NCBI GenBank assembly: GCA_951406725.2
Contig: OX597822.1
Coordinates: 24,862,001 to 24,926,000 of the forward strand
Source of the DNA: Octopus vulgaris
Taxonomy: Eukaryota
DNA length: 64,000 bases
Direction: 5' to 3'
Shown: positions 40,461 through 53,554 of the stretch, piece after piece
Layout: the number at the start of each line of letters is the position of its first letter
Position numbering within the stretch: the stretch's first letter is position 1
Program-made: the position numbers and the translations under genes
Notes under the pieces: model-generated
The model's input: only the letters and a program-made list of their open reading frames with translations
What the model was told of the DNA's origin: nothing
Databases searched by the model: none

Positions 40461-40876
40461 CTGGAAGATCTGTTACTATATGGTGATCCCTCTCGACTAG
40501 GAGGAACCGCGCCATAGTTCCTTCCAGAACGACTAGAACTTCGGTCCCATGAATTATATGTTGAACGAGTGCTTCCTCCATAGTCGGACATATAACCTGA
40601 TTTTCCATACGGATCTGAACTGGAACTCTTTAAAGAATAACTCATACTGCGATCTAAAGACGGATAACGATCAGTTGTCCCAGAGGAGCCGGTTCCATAA
40701 TCGCCAGCTCCTCCGGAAAATTTCATCACCTTATCCCGAATAGTGGAGCCGTAGTTTCGGGACGGCTGGCTTCGCGTCGACGAACTGTATGAAGATGAAC
40801 CGAGCCCAGAGCTTGAACCATATCCATAACCCCCTGGTGAAGAACCATAACTCTTACCGGACGGCAGATCGTATGA
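40461..40876 (-). CDS. Internal coding exon A of a large minus-strand gene; Ser/Gly/Tyr-rich low-complexity segment (SYDLPSGKSYGSSPGG...REGSPYSNRSS)
   Basis: Acceptor ttttgttttctcattccag| (AG at 40878-40877) and donor AG|gtgagt at 40461/40460. 416 nt open frame, phase 0 in and phase 2 out. GC-richer island among repeats; phase matches the next exon. Confidence 0.85.
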
Positions 40877-40929
40877 CTGGAATGAGAAAACAAAAATAAT
40901 TATACTAAACCAACAAAGAAATAAGTGAA

Positions 40930-40960
<31 letters not shown>

Positions 40961-40987
40961 GTAAATATATATATATATATATATAAA

Positions 40988-41178
40988 GGGAAAGTTTACG
41001 AAAATAAACAAAAGACGAAGGCAGGTGGAGTACAAACAAACAAATGTATTAGTATAGCGCTCAGGAATAGAAAAAGTCTTTTACGTTTCGAGCCTACGCT
41101 CTTCGACAGAAAGATACGCAGAAAAAAACAAGGAGTGAAAAAAACATATGTAGTAGATAACGATCTATCATGGCTTCT

Positions 41179-41180
<2 letters not shown>
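40988..41180 (-). mobile_element. Penelope-like terminal-repeat fragment inserted in (TA)n, carrying a minimal hammerhead-like motif
   Basis: Flanked by (TA)n on both sides; partial second copy at 43277-43340; motif at 41077-41114. Confidence 0.6.
41077..41114 (-). ncRNA. Minimal type-I hammerhead ribozyme-like motif (variant core)
   Basis: 5'-UCUUU CUGUCGA A GAGC-GUAG-GCUC GAAAC GUA AAAGA-3': stem I UCUUU/AAAGA, stem II GAGC/GCUC, palindromic ACGU stem III and GUA site. The core is CUGUCGA instead of CUGANGA. Confidence 0.5.
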
Positions 41181-41222
<42 letters not shown>

Positions 41223-41589
41223 GTGTAAGCCCTACATATTTAAACACAAGTCCTCCATATATATATATATAAGGAAGCGCAACAAGTCGTACCCATTTAC
41301 ACCTGTATGCACAAAAGCGATTGTCCATAGTTATTTCCCTGTCTCTTTGATTTTCAATGTGATGTTCACAATTGCATGACAAGTGACCTCTATGATGGTA
41401 CATACTTTTTCCTGTCTGTCTCAAACAATAATATACGGCAAGCTATGCTTACACCTAACAAGTGTTTTGATTGGAATGTTCCACCAATATTCCATGTGCT
41501 GATAATTGTGTATGTATTCAATAACAGGGAGATTCTCAATATTTATTCCTGGACAGTTTTTTTTTTTCCGGACGACATTATTTTTTAGT

Positions 41590-41962
41590 GGTTTCAGTCA
41601 TTAGACTGCAACCATGTTGGGGCACCACATTGAGGAATTTTAGACGAATCGATCGACCCCATTATTTATTTTCTTTTTCAAGCGTGGTACTTATTCTATC
41701 GGTCTTTGGCCAAACTGCTAAGTTATGGGGACGTAAACACACCAACACCGGTTGTTAGTTGATGCTGGGAGACAAATGCACACACACACAAACACACATA
41801 CGACGGGCTTCTTTCAGTTTCTGTATATCAGATCCACTCACAAGGCTTTGGTTGGTCCGTGGCTATTGTAGAAGATACCTGCCTGAGGTGCCACGTAATC
41901 GGAGCGAGCCCCGGAACCATATGGTTGGGAAGCAAACTTCTTACCATACAGCCACACCTGCC
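41590..41962 (-). mobile_element. OR2-like CORE SINE, diverged
   Basis: Family homology. Confidence 0.75.
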
Positions 41963-42329
41963 ATTGCATATTGTTTCTGTGACAACAGCACGTCACATAG
42001 GAAGGTAGTACCTTGATGGCATTTTGGGTGCCGCTAATTACATTTCCACACAAACATGACGTAATCTAGTAATCTACATTTCCGGTTGCATCTTGGAACG
42101 TCTGGGGTCTCAATGTCTCTTTTGTTTATTAGGCAATTAGTAGCAATCTCATGTATGTATGTATGTTTGTATCTATTAGTCTGTCTTTATACAGACACAC
42201 ATATATTTATATACACACATATATATATGTACAATATATACACAAACTCATATATGCAAGCAAGTCTACATATAAATACACAAACACACACACACATATG
42301 TATACACACATCTATATGAACATAGATAC

Positions 42330-42386
<57 letters not shown>

Positions 42387-42510
42387 GTACATATATATAT
42401 GTGTGTGTGCATATATTCACAGATATAGAGGTGGGAAGATTTTATATTTCACTAATAATGTTTTCTAGAATGATTTCAATTGATAAGACTTACTCAACTT
42501 TGTAATTATA

Positions 42511-42544
<34 letters not shown>

Positions 42545-42936
42545 CATTTTAATTCCCACATTTAAGAAGGATATGTAAGAAAACATTGCGATGGCGTATC
42601 AATGATAATGTATCTCGACAATCTAAGGATAACATACGGACATACGTGTGTCGTGTGTATATGAGCGTATGCACGCATGCGTAGTGTGCATGTGTGTGTA
42701 TGTGTGTGTGTGTGTGTGTGTGCGCGTAGATGAGACTGCATGTGTGCGTGCGGTGTGCATGTAATGTATGAGACGCACTCATACATACCCACACACCCAT
42801 ATATACACATCTATATATACACAGACGCCCGAGTATTCGGTTTACGTAAGAACTTACGTAAAGTGTATACATCTATGCTTACCTGTATTGTACACCGTCT
42901 GTTTGTGTATGTATGTATGTGGTATCTATCTATCTG

Positions 42937-43017
<81 letters not shown>

Positions 43018-43230
43018 TATCATTTACTTGAGAAATTTAGTGAAAGAAATCTACTTCAGTATTTATTTATAAGTCTAGTACTTATTCTATCGGTGTCTTC
43101 TGCTGAACCGCTATGTTATAGGTGACATAAATAAATGAACGCCGGTACTCGAGTAATGATGGAAAGACAAATGCAAACACAGAATATACACACGTATACA
43201 TACATAAATCTATGTATGTGCGTGTGTCTG

Positions 43231-43279
<49 letters not shown>

Positions 43280-43333
43280 GGAAGCTTTACGAAAATAAAC
43301 AAAAGACGAAGGCAGATGGAGTACAAACAAACA

Positions 43334-43383
<50 letters not shown>

Positions 43384-44029
43384 GTGATAACGTGATCGAC
43401 CAAACTATCAGCTGTTGTTATACATCACCGGTCACAATGCGCTTTGCATCGTTTTAGCTTTCGAATGGCGCTATTCTACTGGTTAGGCGTGCTGGCCAAC
43501 ATTCCCTCTGATCGGAAGGCTACTCCGTAGCAGGGGTTACTCATTTACAGCTGTGTCATATGGAGTAACGTGAAATGTAGTGTTTCTCTGAAGAACACAG
43601 CGCGCTGCTCTGTCCGGATCACGAGTGCAACTCCCAAACAACTAGGCCACGCTCCCTGAAGACGTTGGTCAGCCCGGTGCTATAGTAGGAGACATTTGCT
43701 CATTTGCCAGTTGCCCAAGGTGTCGCACAGTGGTACTGAGCCTAAAATCACCTGGTTGCAAAGCTAGCTTCTTAACTACACGACCATGCCTGGGCTTATA
43801 TATATTTGGAATAAAGAACACATACATCGCAAAACTTTGAAGTTTCTGCGAATACTGTTATTGTTGATGTTTGACGCTAGCAATAATATTCTGCGTATTA
43901 TAATAACGTCATAATAAATATTAATATTGCTGCGTTATATTCGGTCAAAGTTCCTTATTATTATTGTAATATAAAAACACATTTTTAGCAGTATAAATAT
44001 ACACACGATTAACTGACTCATACATACTT

Positions 44030-44062
44030 ACACATACATACATACATACATACATACATACA

Positions 44063-44095
<33 letters not shown>

Positions 44096-44130
44096 GTATA
44101 TGTATATATATATTTATATATATATATATG

Positions 44131-44202
<72 letters not shown>

Positions 44203-44224
44203 TGCATATATATATATATATGTA

Positions 44225-44316
<92 letters not shown>

Positions 44317-45310
44317 TACATGCGTTACACGCATGCGCTCATCCATACATGTTCCCGCACAAACAGAGAAACAGGTGAAATCATAAGATCTTGGAAACGG
44401 AATCAGAAGCCGACTGTTTGTAAGTTTGGTGCCGAGATGTTGTTGGCGTTCTGCCTAACCTTGCAAATACCAGTGGAGTGAATGGTGTTAATTGAGAATA
44501 AAGAAACGTAATAAAGCAAGGATCTGCATGTGAATGCGTATGTATGTATGTATGTATGTATGTATGTATGTATGTATGTATGTATGTATGTATGTATGTA
44601 TGTATGTATGTATGTGTGTGTGCATGTATATATAAATGCAAATGTGTGCATGTGAGTGTGTATGTAAGCGTATTTATGTGTGTGTATATGAATACTTATG
44701 TGTGTATGCGAGCGTATGTATGCGTGTATGTGTGTGTGTGAATGTGTGTATGAGTATGTGCATGTATATATATATATATGAATGCGTATGTGTGTATGTG
44801 AGTATATGTGTATATGAATGTGTGCGTGCATATGAGTGCGTGTATGTATGCCAGCATGTCAGTGTATGTGTATGTAGGTATATGTGTCTGTGTATTTGTA
44901 TGTATGTTTGTATGCATGAATGTATGTAAATGCCTGGGATGTATGTTTATATGCATGTGTATTTATTGTTTTGTATGTAGATGCATGTTTTATGTATACA
45001 TGTACGTGTATGAATAAATATTGTTAATAGAAATAAATTAAATTAATATGTAAAATGTATGTGTGTAAAAGCCTATGTATGTATTTATATGTGTGTTTTT
45101 TTAATTGTGTATGTATGTTTTATGTGCATATATATACATATATATCTATATCTATATATATGTATGTATATCTATATATGTATATATATATATATATATA
45201 TATACGTGTGTGTATATGTGTATATGTATATGTATATTATATATATATATATACATATACATATACACATACACATATACATATATATCTACACGCACAT
45301 ATATATATAC

Positions 45311-45371
<61 letters not shown>

Positions 45372-45418
45372 TGCATATATATATATACATATGCACATAT
45401 ATATATACACATACATAT
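44030..45418. repeat. Large compound microsatellite / degenerate (TG/TA)n region
   Basis: (CATA)n, (TA)n, (ATCT)n, (TATG)n and a degenerate TG-rich stretch. Confidence 0.85.
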
Positions 45419-46127
45419 CAAAAGGATATATTACAGTACTATTCCACAGCCATACCAACAATCCAATAGTACTATTCAACATATACAAAAAAAAGCCATA
45501 CCAAGAATCCAACATGCCTCCATCATCAGCTGCTCCACGGATATCATTATGGTTTCGACACTTGGGCAGTACCATTCAATTTGGCGGTGTCAACAGCACT
45601 AAAGTAAGTGCTGTTTAGGAACAAATATACATACATATATTCATACATACATACATGTATATATGTGTGTGTGTATGTTTGTGTGAATATTGGTTATTGA
45701 AAGAAATGTATGCGTGTGTGTTAAGTATCTATGATATGTGTGTATGCATGTATAGATGTGTGTACACATCCATATGCATAAATGTATGATTGTGTGTTTG
45801 CATGTACCTGCATGGGAATGACTGTGTACATATGCGTGTGTTATGAAAAATTTGAGTCTGGGAATACCTCTACACGTGTGTCGTAGTAAAACAGCCATGT
45901 ATTTAGCGCAGGTATGCATTTATGTATATGTCGGGATACACATACGCACAAACACACAGACACACACAGACATACATGTGTAGAAAAGCAGGCTTAGAGG
46001 AGAAATGGCCACACCCATGAGCGTTTATCGAGTTTTCAAGTTTTCCCGGGAAAGAAACTAAAAGACTACGATTAATGGCTTAATTTCCGACAGAAGATCT
46101 AGATCAAGATCAAATAAGTGCAGCATA

Positions 46128-46292
46128 GGCGTAGGAGTGGGTGTGTGGTAAGTAGCTTGCTTACGAACCACATGGTTCCCGGTTCAGTCCCACTGCGTGG
46201 CACCTTGGGTAAGTGTCTTCTACTATTGCTTCGAGCAGACCAAAGCCTTGTGAGTGGATTTGGTAGACGGAAACTGAAAGAAGCCCGTCGTA

Positions 46293-46376
<84 letters not shown>

Positions 46377-46583
46377 TGTGTCAGTGTTTGTCCCCCCAAC
46401 ATCGCTTGACAACCGATGCTGGTGTGTTTACGTCCCCGTAACTTAGCGGTTTGGCAAAAGTGACCGATGGAATCAGTACTAGGCTTACAAAGTATAAGTC
46501 CTGGGGTCGATTTGCTCGACTAAAGGCGGTGCTCCAGCATGGCCTCAGTCACATGACTGAAACAAGTAAATGAGTAAATGAGT
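46128..46583 (+). mobile_element. OR2-like CORE SINE, full length, young
   Basis: tRNA head ggcgtaggagtgg..ggttcagtccc, CORE-like ggcaccttgggtaagtgtctt, internal (TA)n(TG)n, tail gaaacaagtaaatgagtaaatgag. Confidence 0.9.
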
Positions 46584-46699
46584 ATAGGGACATCTGCCTA
46601 ACTAATTCGAGTTATGTTAGTAACATTGATGTTGCTGAAGGATTAAACGTACGGCACAACAGTCTTGCATGGTTCCTGCTAAAAGTACCCACAGTCTAG

Positions 46700-46732
<33 letters not shown>

Positions 46733-47127
46733 TAAAAGGGTGGAAGATTAAGTGTACAGGCTGAAAGGAAACGAGTGAGAGAAAGTGAGGGAATTTGCCA
46801 CTCTGAAAGTTATCGAGGGAATAGATGAGGTGTGTTTCCTCTGTGACAGCCACCAAGTAAAGAGAAGGAAATACATCTTAAATCGCTGAAGAAAGAATGC
46901 AGATATGTTATTTCTGCTACAAATGCTGAGCCCAAAAGAGAAGAATTCTGTTTAGTGTTGCATATTTATAACAATTCCATGGCTAAACAAGATGACATCA
47001 ACAAAGTCTATTTCGTGTGTTATCTAGGTTGAACCGAACTTGACCCAAGATGGTCAGGAAATTGGCAGCTCCCATAAATCTCGCAAATGTAAACTCTTAA
47101 GAACAAAGGACAGAAGCTTCCAGAAAC

Positions 47128-47269
47128 GGTGGTGTGACTATGTGGTAAGAAGCTTGTTTCTCAACCACATGGTTCCAAGTTCAGTCCCACTGCGTGGCAC
47201 CTTGAGCAGGTGTCTTCAACAATAGCCGCGTGAAGGGATTTGGTGGACGGAAACTGAAAGAAACCTGTC

Positions 47270-47341
<72 letters not shown>

Positions 47342-47557
47342 GTGTTGTGCCTGTGTTTGTCTCCCCATCACAGCTTGACAACCGGTGCTGGTGTGTTTAC
47401 GACTCCGTAACTTAGCGGTTCGGCTAAAGAGAACGGTAGAATAAGTACTACGCTTAAAAAATAAGTCCTGGGGTCAATTTGTTCAACTAAAACCCAACAA
47501 GACCGCAGTCAAAATGACTGAAACAAGTAAAAGAATAAAAGAATAAAAGAATAAAAG
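47128..47557 (+). mobile_element. OR2-like CORE SINE with (AAAAGAAT)n tail
   Basis: Family homology. Confidence 0.8.
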
Positions 47558-47894
47558 AAAAGCTGCAACTTCAATTCCTGTTCGAGAATCCACGATCTCC
47601 TCACTTCACTTTCACAGTTTCGGCTAAAAGTACCCAGTTATGTTCATTCGTTTAATCTATAATAGTAGTTTCAATTATTACGAACTTTCCACATTGTTGC
47701 GGTGAGAGTACAACACCCTCTGATGAGAATAGACGGGAACACTACATATAAATAGTAGCAATCTGACGTAGTCGGCACATAAACGGTTCAACGCAGGAAT
47801 ATGGTTGGTGGAGTCAAAATCCATTCTCCCGTCCACTCATTTTGTTTTCATTTTTATCCGAAATTATAATGTATTTATTCATATATGTAATATC

Positions 47895-48311
47895 TATTTC
47901 TTTACTACCCACAAGGGGCTAAACACAGAGAGGACAAACAAGGACAAACAAACGGATTAAGTCGATTACATCGACCCTAGTGCGTAACTGGTACTTAATT
48001 TATCGACTCCGAAAGGATGAAAGGCAAAATCGACCTCGGCGGAATTTGAACTCAGAACGTAGCGGCAGACGAAATATCTATTTCTTTACTACCCACAAGG
48101 GGCTAAACACAGAGGGGACAAACAAGGATAGACAAACGGATTAAGCCGATTAGATCGACCCCAGTGCGTAACTGGTACTTAATTTATCGACTCCGAAAGG
48201 ATGAAAGGCAAAGTCGACCTCGGCGGAATTTGAACTCAGAACGTAACGGCAGACGAAACACGGCTACGCATTTCGCCCGGCGTGCTAACATTTCTGCCAC
48301 CTCGCCGCCCC
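47895..48311 (-). mobile_element. Head-to-tail SINE dimer inserted as one unit with a 20-bp TSD
   Basis: TSD ttattcatatatgtaatatc at 47875-47894 and 48312-48331. Two ~184-bp bodies, one tRNA head. Confidence 0.9.
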
Positions 48312-49374
48312 TTATTCATATATGTAATATCATTCGATAAGTCCCCTTGTGGTTTGAATAAAACCATCGTAATTTGGTCTTCAAAGTCCAGGTACAGTTT
48401 ACAGTTCGAGTTAGTGTGTTGGAAATATTGATCGTTGGTTCGTTGTGTGTTTGTTACTACCGCTCTTTCTATTTTGTATTGCTATATCACTGTTACAGTA
48501 TATTCTTTATCTATCGTCGACAATATCAACCGTACTACGATATTGGAGGCGTAAGGATATTACACATAAATTTCGTTACACCTCTACTTCGTGGTAAGTG
48601 ACAGATGCAGCAACACTGCATCTGTTGAACATTAGTTTCTGGCAAGATTTCATAAACCGTAGGAGTTTTCTTTTTTTCTATTTTCTTTTGCTTGATTGTT
48701 TCCTTTTTTTATGGCAGGTATAGCAATTACATTCCACTTTAGGCTTAGAAGCGGTCAATGTCTTTTCCTGTGACTTCGATATATAAAAAGTCCAGGGGGT
48801 GGTGTTGAAACAGGTGGAACGTTCAGTGTACGGCCCTGTCCTGCACAGTTTCTGCCTGCTAAATGAATTCACAAGATTCCGGTTGGCAAGAGGTTAAGGT
48901 AAAAGATATTTGTCTTAGGCAAAGAGTAGCGAGAATGAACCCGAAGCCGGACGTTTATGAAACCATCTGTTAAGTCGGATTATGATGCCATCTATAGCCT
49001 TACCAATTTTACCCATTTGATCGTCACCTTCAAATTTCGCGGTCGCACCTCCTCGTTTTTTGTATAACTACTTCGCCTCTCTAAGTCTGAATCTTTTGTC
49101 ATACACATAACAAACCACAACCTCCCACACACATCGTATTCAAACTTTTTGTCGTATTCCAGCGACGAGGTCGCAAAAATGCGGCAAGAATTTTAACACA
49201 TCCAAAGGCAAACATAAACCAAGTCCAACCGTTTCTGCTGTTTCTTAAATTGCTAAAATCGCTCTGTTGCCTAGCAATAGCTTCAGTTTCAGTCTCTGGA
49301 CAAAAATCTTGCAGAACAAGTGAAACCTACCTACCTACCTACCTACCTACCTACCTACCTACCTACCTACCTAC

Positions 49375-49442
<68 letters not shown>

Positions 49443-50257
49443 GTCGCTCTCTCCCCATGTGTGTCTGTGTGTGTATGTGTGTGTGTGTGCGTGCGTGTGT
49501 GTGTGTCTGTAGACCAATTCTCAAAAGAATTCCAGCCATAAGTAATCGTTCTGTCTTTATAGGGTATTTAGGACGACATTATATAAGATATACTTTCCTA
49601 ATTGAAGACCTTAAGGTGATGAGATTTAAGGCATAGTCTCTACTAATTTCTTCTTTTTTTTTTTTTGTAAGTCGAGCCAGGACGTAGAGTCTTCCTAGTT
49701 GTCGTGTCCCTTAGTATATGTACTGACAGTTATAAGCAGTAATTTTAAATATATCTATGTGTGATAGATAGATGAAATATGTTCCATCCCACTCGCCTAC
49801 GAAAATTGGCTTTGTGCCACCATAAATATAAGTAGTTAGTAGGGTTCTCGTTATGTAGAAGTACTAACGAGAGTTACTACTTTCACGTTTACTTGTGTGA
49901 GTCGACTCTAATAATAACTAACCGACTTCTCATCTCTCTGAAATCATATATTGTGTTATGTGTGTGTGTGTGTACATACATACACCTATATACATATATA
50001 TTACACATACACTACTCGTATATATACATATGCCTTTCTGAACAGCTGCCGTTTTCGACATTTACACGTTGACTTTCGTGCAGAATAAAGAACGCCATAT
50101 TGTGTTGAAAGGTGAGCTCCCGGCGAAACGAGTACGTAACCCAGTTCCCCATTCCCAATTTTGAACAGTTTCGTATATCACTGAAATTCGTACATCTCAT
50201 ATAAAAAGAAGAATCAAAAACAAAAATGCGCATGGATGCTGAATACACTCCCATCAC

Positions 50258-50335
50258 CTGGAAACCTGAGGACGTCGGGTTAGTCAGAGAAGCGTCTACG
50301 TAGTCGCTGGAATTGCTAGAAACAGTAGGTATATC
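50258..50335 (-). CDS. Candidate upstream 78-nt coding exon (DIPTVSSNSSDYVDASLTNPTSSGFQ) of the same gene
   Basis: ttttacttaag| acceptor and CAG|gtgatg donor. Phase 0-0, compatible with exon A. Ser-rich like the other exons and in non-repetitive sequence. Both splice sites are non-optimal. Confidence 0.35.
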
Positions 50336-50680
50336 CTTAAGTAAAACTGTTATCTTAAAAGTGGTGAGGAAGGAAATATTTAATGAAGTAATCCTAGAGG
50401 TACTTAAAAATATGGTATGGTTACATTTGGAATCCATTTAATCGTCGGTTTACTTGATCAGGTTTTCATCTGGAGCTAGAAAAACCACTATCTGAGGACA
50501 TAAGATTATTGAGAAAAATCAATAAAAATTCTATAGATTAAATGATAATCAATATCAGATCGAAATAAACCTATGTACTTGATCAAATATTCAATCTCCT
50601 ACCCATCATTTTATTTAATCCTTTCAATATCGATCTAAGATTATATCTGCTTCTGTAATAAACAACCTCTCTTTTTAAAG

Positions 50681-50958
50681 TGGTGGAGGCACATGGCCTA
50701 GTGGTTAGAGCAGCGGCCTCACGGTCGAGGGATCAAGGTTTCGAATCTCAGACCGGGCGATGTGTGTGTTTATGAGCGAAACACTTAAGTTCCACACGGC
50801 TTCTGCTGACTCTTTCGCCACAACTTTCTCTCACTCTTTCCTCCTGCATCTAGCAGGTCACCTGAGACGGACCGGCGTCCCGTCCAGGTAGGGAACCTAT
50901 ACGCCAAGAAACCGGGAAACCGGTCCTATGAGCCAGACGTGGCTCGAGAAGGAACAAA
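50681..50958 (+). mobile_element. OR1-like SINE with 10-bp TSD
   Basis: TSD ctttttaaag at 50671-50680 and 50959-50968. Confidence 0.85.
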
Positions 50959-51551
50959 CTTTTTAAAGCGTTCATATTTAAAGTACTTAGTTATATTTTC
51001 TATTCTGCTCTATGCACCGAATAAATAATTGTTTTTAATTTACGCACTCACATATATATATATAAATACACGCACATACACACACACACACATATGCGTG
51101 GCAGCATTCCGGCGACTGAAACATGTGTGTGTGTATGTGTGCGCGCGCGCACGAGAGAGAGCGTGAGTGTGTGTGTGCGCGCGTGTGTGTATGTATGTGT
51201 GTGTGTGCGTGCGCATGTGTGTGCGTAGAATTAGACAAAACACTAAATACAATAGTTTGAAATATAATTTGCATTTATATTTTATTTTCCCCCATTAATA
51301 GTGTATGACTGAAACAGCGTAAACACGTATAATCTAATTCGTTATAAACGAAACAAAAAGTCTTGAAGCCAAGACGCAATTGTAGCAGACTTATCAAGGA
51401 TAATCTCGCTCGGTTTGGCAATATCATTATTATTATGTAGTCAATGGAATTCTTCTTGCCAAATTAGAAATTCCTTGAATTCAAGATTATTATAAATTAT
51501 CGAAGTGATGTATGTAGCCATACGTAAAGACGACTCATGGACATAATTTCA

Positions 51552-51783
<232 letters not shown>

Positions 51784-51823
51784 CATTGTGTATGTTCGTA
51801 TATATAATACATTCTCAGAAGAT

Positions 51824-52124
51824 TATTTTTTTTTATGCGCCCTTTTCAAGCCCAGCCAGGCTCATGGGCCCGGTTTCCCGGTTTCTGTGGCGTATGTGTT
51901 CTCCCCAGCTGGATGGGACGCCAGTCCATCGCAGCGTTACTCAAAAAAACAGGAAGAAAGAATGAGAGAAAGTTGGGGCGAAAGAGTACAATAGGGGTCG
52001 CCCCCCCCCCCTGCCGGAGCCTCGTGGAGCTTTTGGTGATTTCGCTCAATAAACACACACTACTCCCGGTTTGGTAATCGAAACCGCGAGCCCGCTGCCC
52101 TAACCACTGGGCCATTGTGCCTCC
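51824..52124 (-). mobile_element. OR1-like SINE with 11-bp TSD
   Basis: TSD tctcagaagat at 51813-51823 and 52125-52135. Confidence 0.85.
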
Positions 52125-52368
52125 TCTCAGAAGATAGTATAGTTAAGAAGTCCGACGAACAGGGAGAAGTGTGCATATGTGTGTGCGTGTGTGTTTTCTT
52201 TTGGACTTGTGTGTTTTTATTTGGAACATTCGAGCTGGTCACTAACCAAGTGGCAAAGTTTTTACCCTCCTTCTTTCGTCAGTTCAGAGTTTGTTATGGT
52301 CTAAATTTGTTGATATGTGTGGTCGATAAGCGTTTTATTTTAGTAGACAAGTGTCAGTACATGATTCT

Positions 52369-52433
<65 letters not shown>

Positions 52434-52770
52434 TCATACATTCCACTTGTATAAACGGACATTTGCATTTACGACTATATACAAGTAGAGAGATTTTCGC
52501 TTCAAGGGAGATAATTCACATAGTATTTAGAGTTGCTTCCCTTGCTCCAATATGCTATTGCTTTGCTTCCCCCTCCGCCTTCTGTTTTCGGGATGCAAAT
52601 ATGCAAATCACGAAAAGGTAAAACAAATTACATGAACGAAAATGTGTTTGTATGATTTTTGTTTTTCATAATAAAACCATAATCTTCTCACCGAAACAGA
52701 AATGAATTATGCCAAGATGATAATGTCTTTGCTTTGAACCAGTTGTCATAAAATGATATTAAGTTATTTC

Positions 52771-53041
52771 GTTTTTGGATTTGGTTTGCAAGATTCTTTA
52801 TATGAGTTCGCGTGCTGAAGCATATTCTGTTGAGTCTGGGGAGAGTCATTTTCTTTTTGTGCCTTATTAATGTAACACGCTCACCGGTAAAATTTCCACT
52901 TATTTCTTATTTTCAAGACTATTAAAAAGGTTGCAAGACGCAACGAAAATTTTAGGGAAATAAAAATAAGAAATAAGTGGAAATTTTACCGGTGAGTGTG
53001 TTATAAGGCACAAAAAGAAAATGACTCTCCAAACAGAACAG
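52771..53041. mobile_element. Hairpin (foldback) element with a ~70-bp internal inverted repeat, flanked by 16-bp direct repeats
   Basis: Arms at 52840-52913 and 52963-53030; direct repeat gatattaagttatttc at 52755-52770 and 53042-53057. Confidence 0.75.
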
Positions 53042-53115
53042 GATATTAAGTTATTTCTGTCTTTGTTGCTGTTATAGCTTAGCATTCAATTCAACACTAT
53101 TTAAGCAGAGAGCTA

Positions 53116-53554
53116 GGATCTTTTCGGTTTGAACGGCAATTTTGTCTAGCGGTGTCATATGAAATTGTCACCCATAATTATGACCCTAGTATCGATCTAT
53201 TGCATTTAAATCTGTTTTACGGTTAGGGTTAGTTAGAGTTAGGGTTAGGCTTAGGGGTAGGGGGAAGGGTATCTTTTTTTCTTCACAAATCTAAATAAAC
53301 CCAATCTGTTTCTTAAACGAGGGACATATTCATACGGTACAGAATGTTTTTTACCTCAATAGACATCAGTGATTGGTTGAAATTGCAGAAATTGAAGAAA
53401 CAAAACAACAAATATCTTTCAAACTATAGAATTTTCTCAATAAAGCCAAGAGAAAAAAATGTTTTATAAACATATTCAACCAGTATACGAAGTTAAAAAT
53501 TTTTTAGTTACCTAGAAATTATGTTAAAAACTGCCGTTCAAACCGAAAAGATCC
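53116..53554. mobile_element. MITE with 23-bp TIRs and 8-bp TSD (GG termini; Merlin-like) containing TTAGGG-like repeats
   Basis: TIR GGATCTTTTCGGTTTGAACGGCA / TGCCGTTCAAACCGAAAAGATCC; TSD gagagcta at 53108-53115 and 53555-53562. Confidence 0.88.

Noticed and set aside
47724-47745. CTGATGAG hammerhead core (also CTGACGAG at ~32127)
   Set aside because: No properly placed stem II plus GAAA, nor stem I/III pairing.
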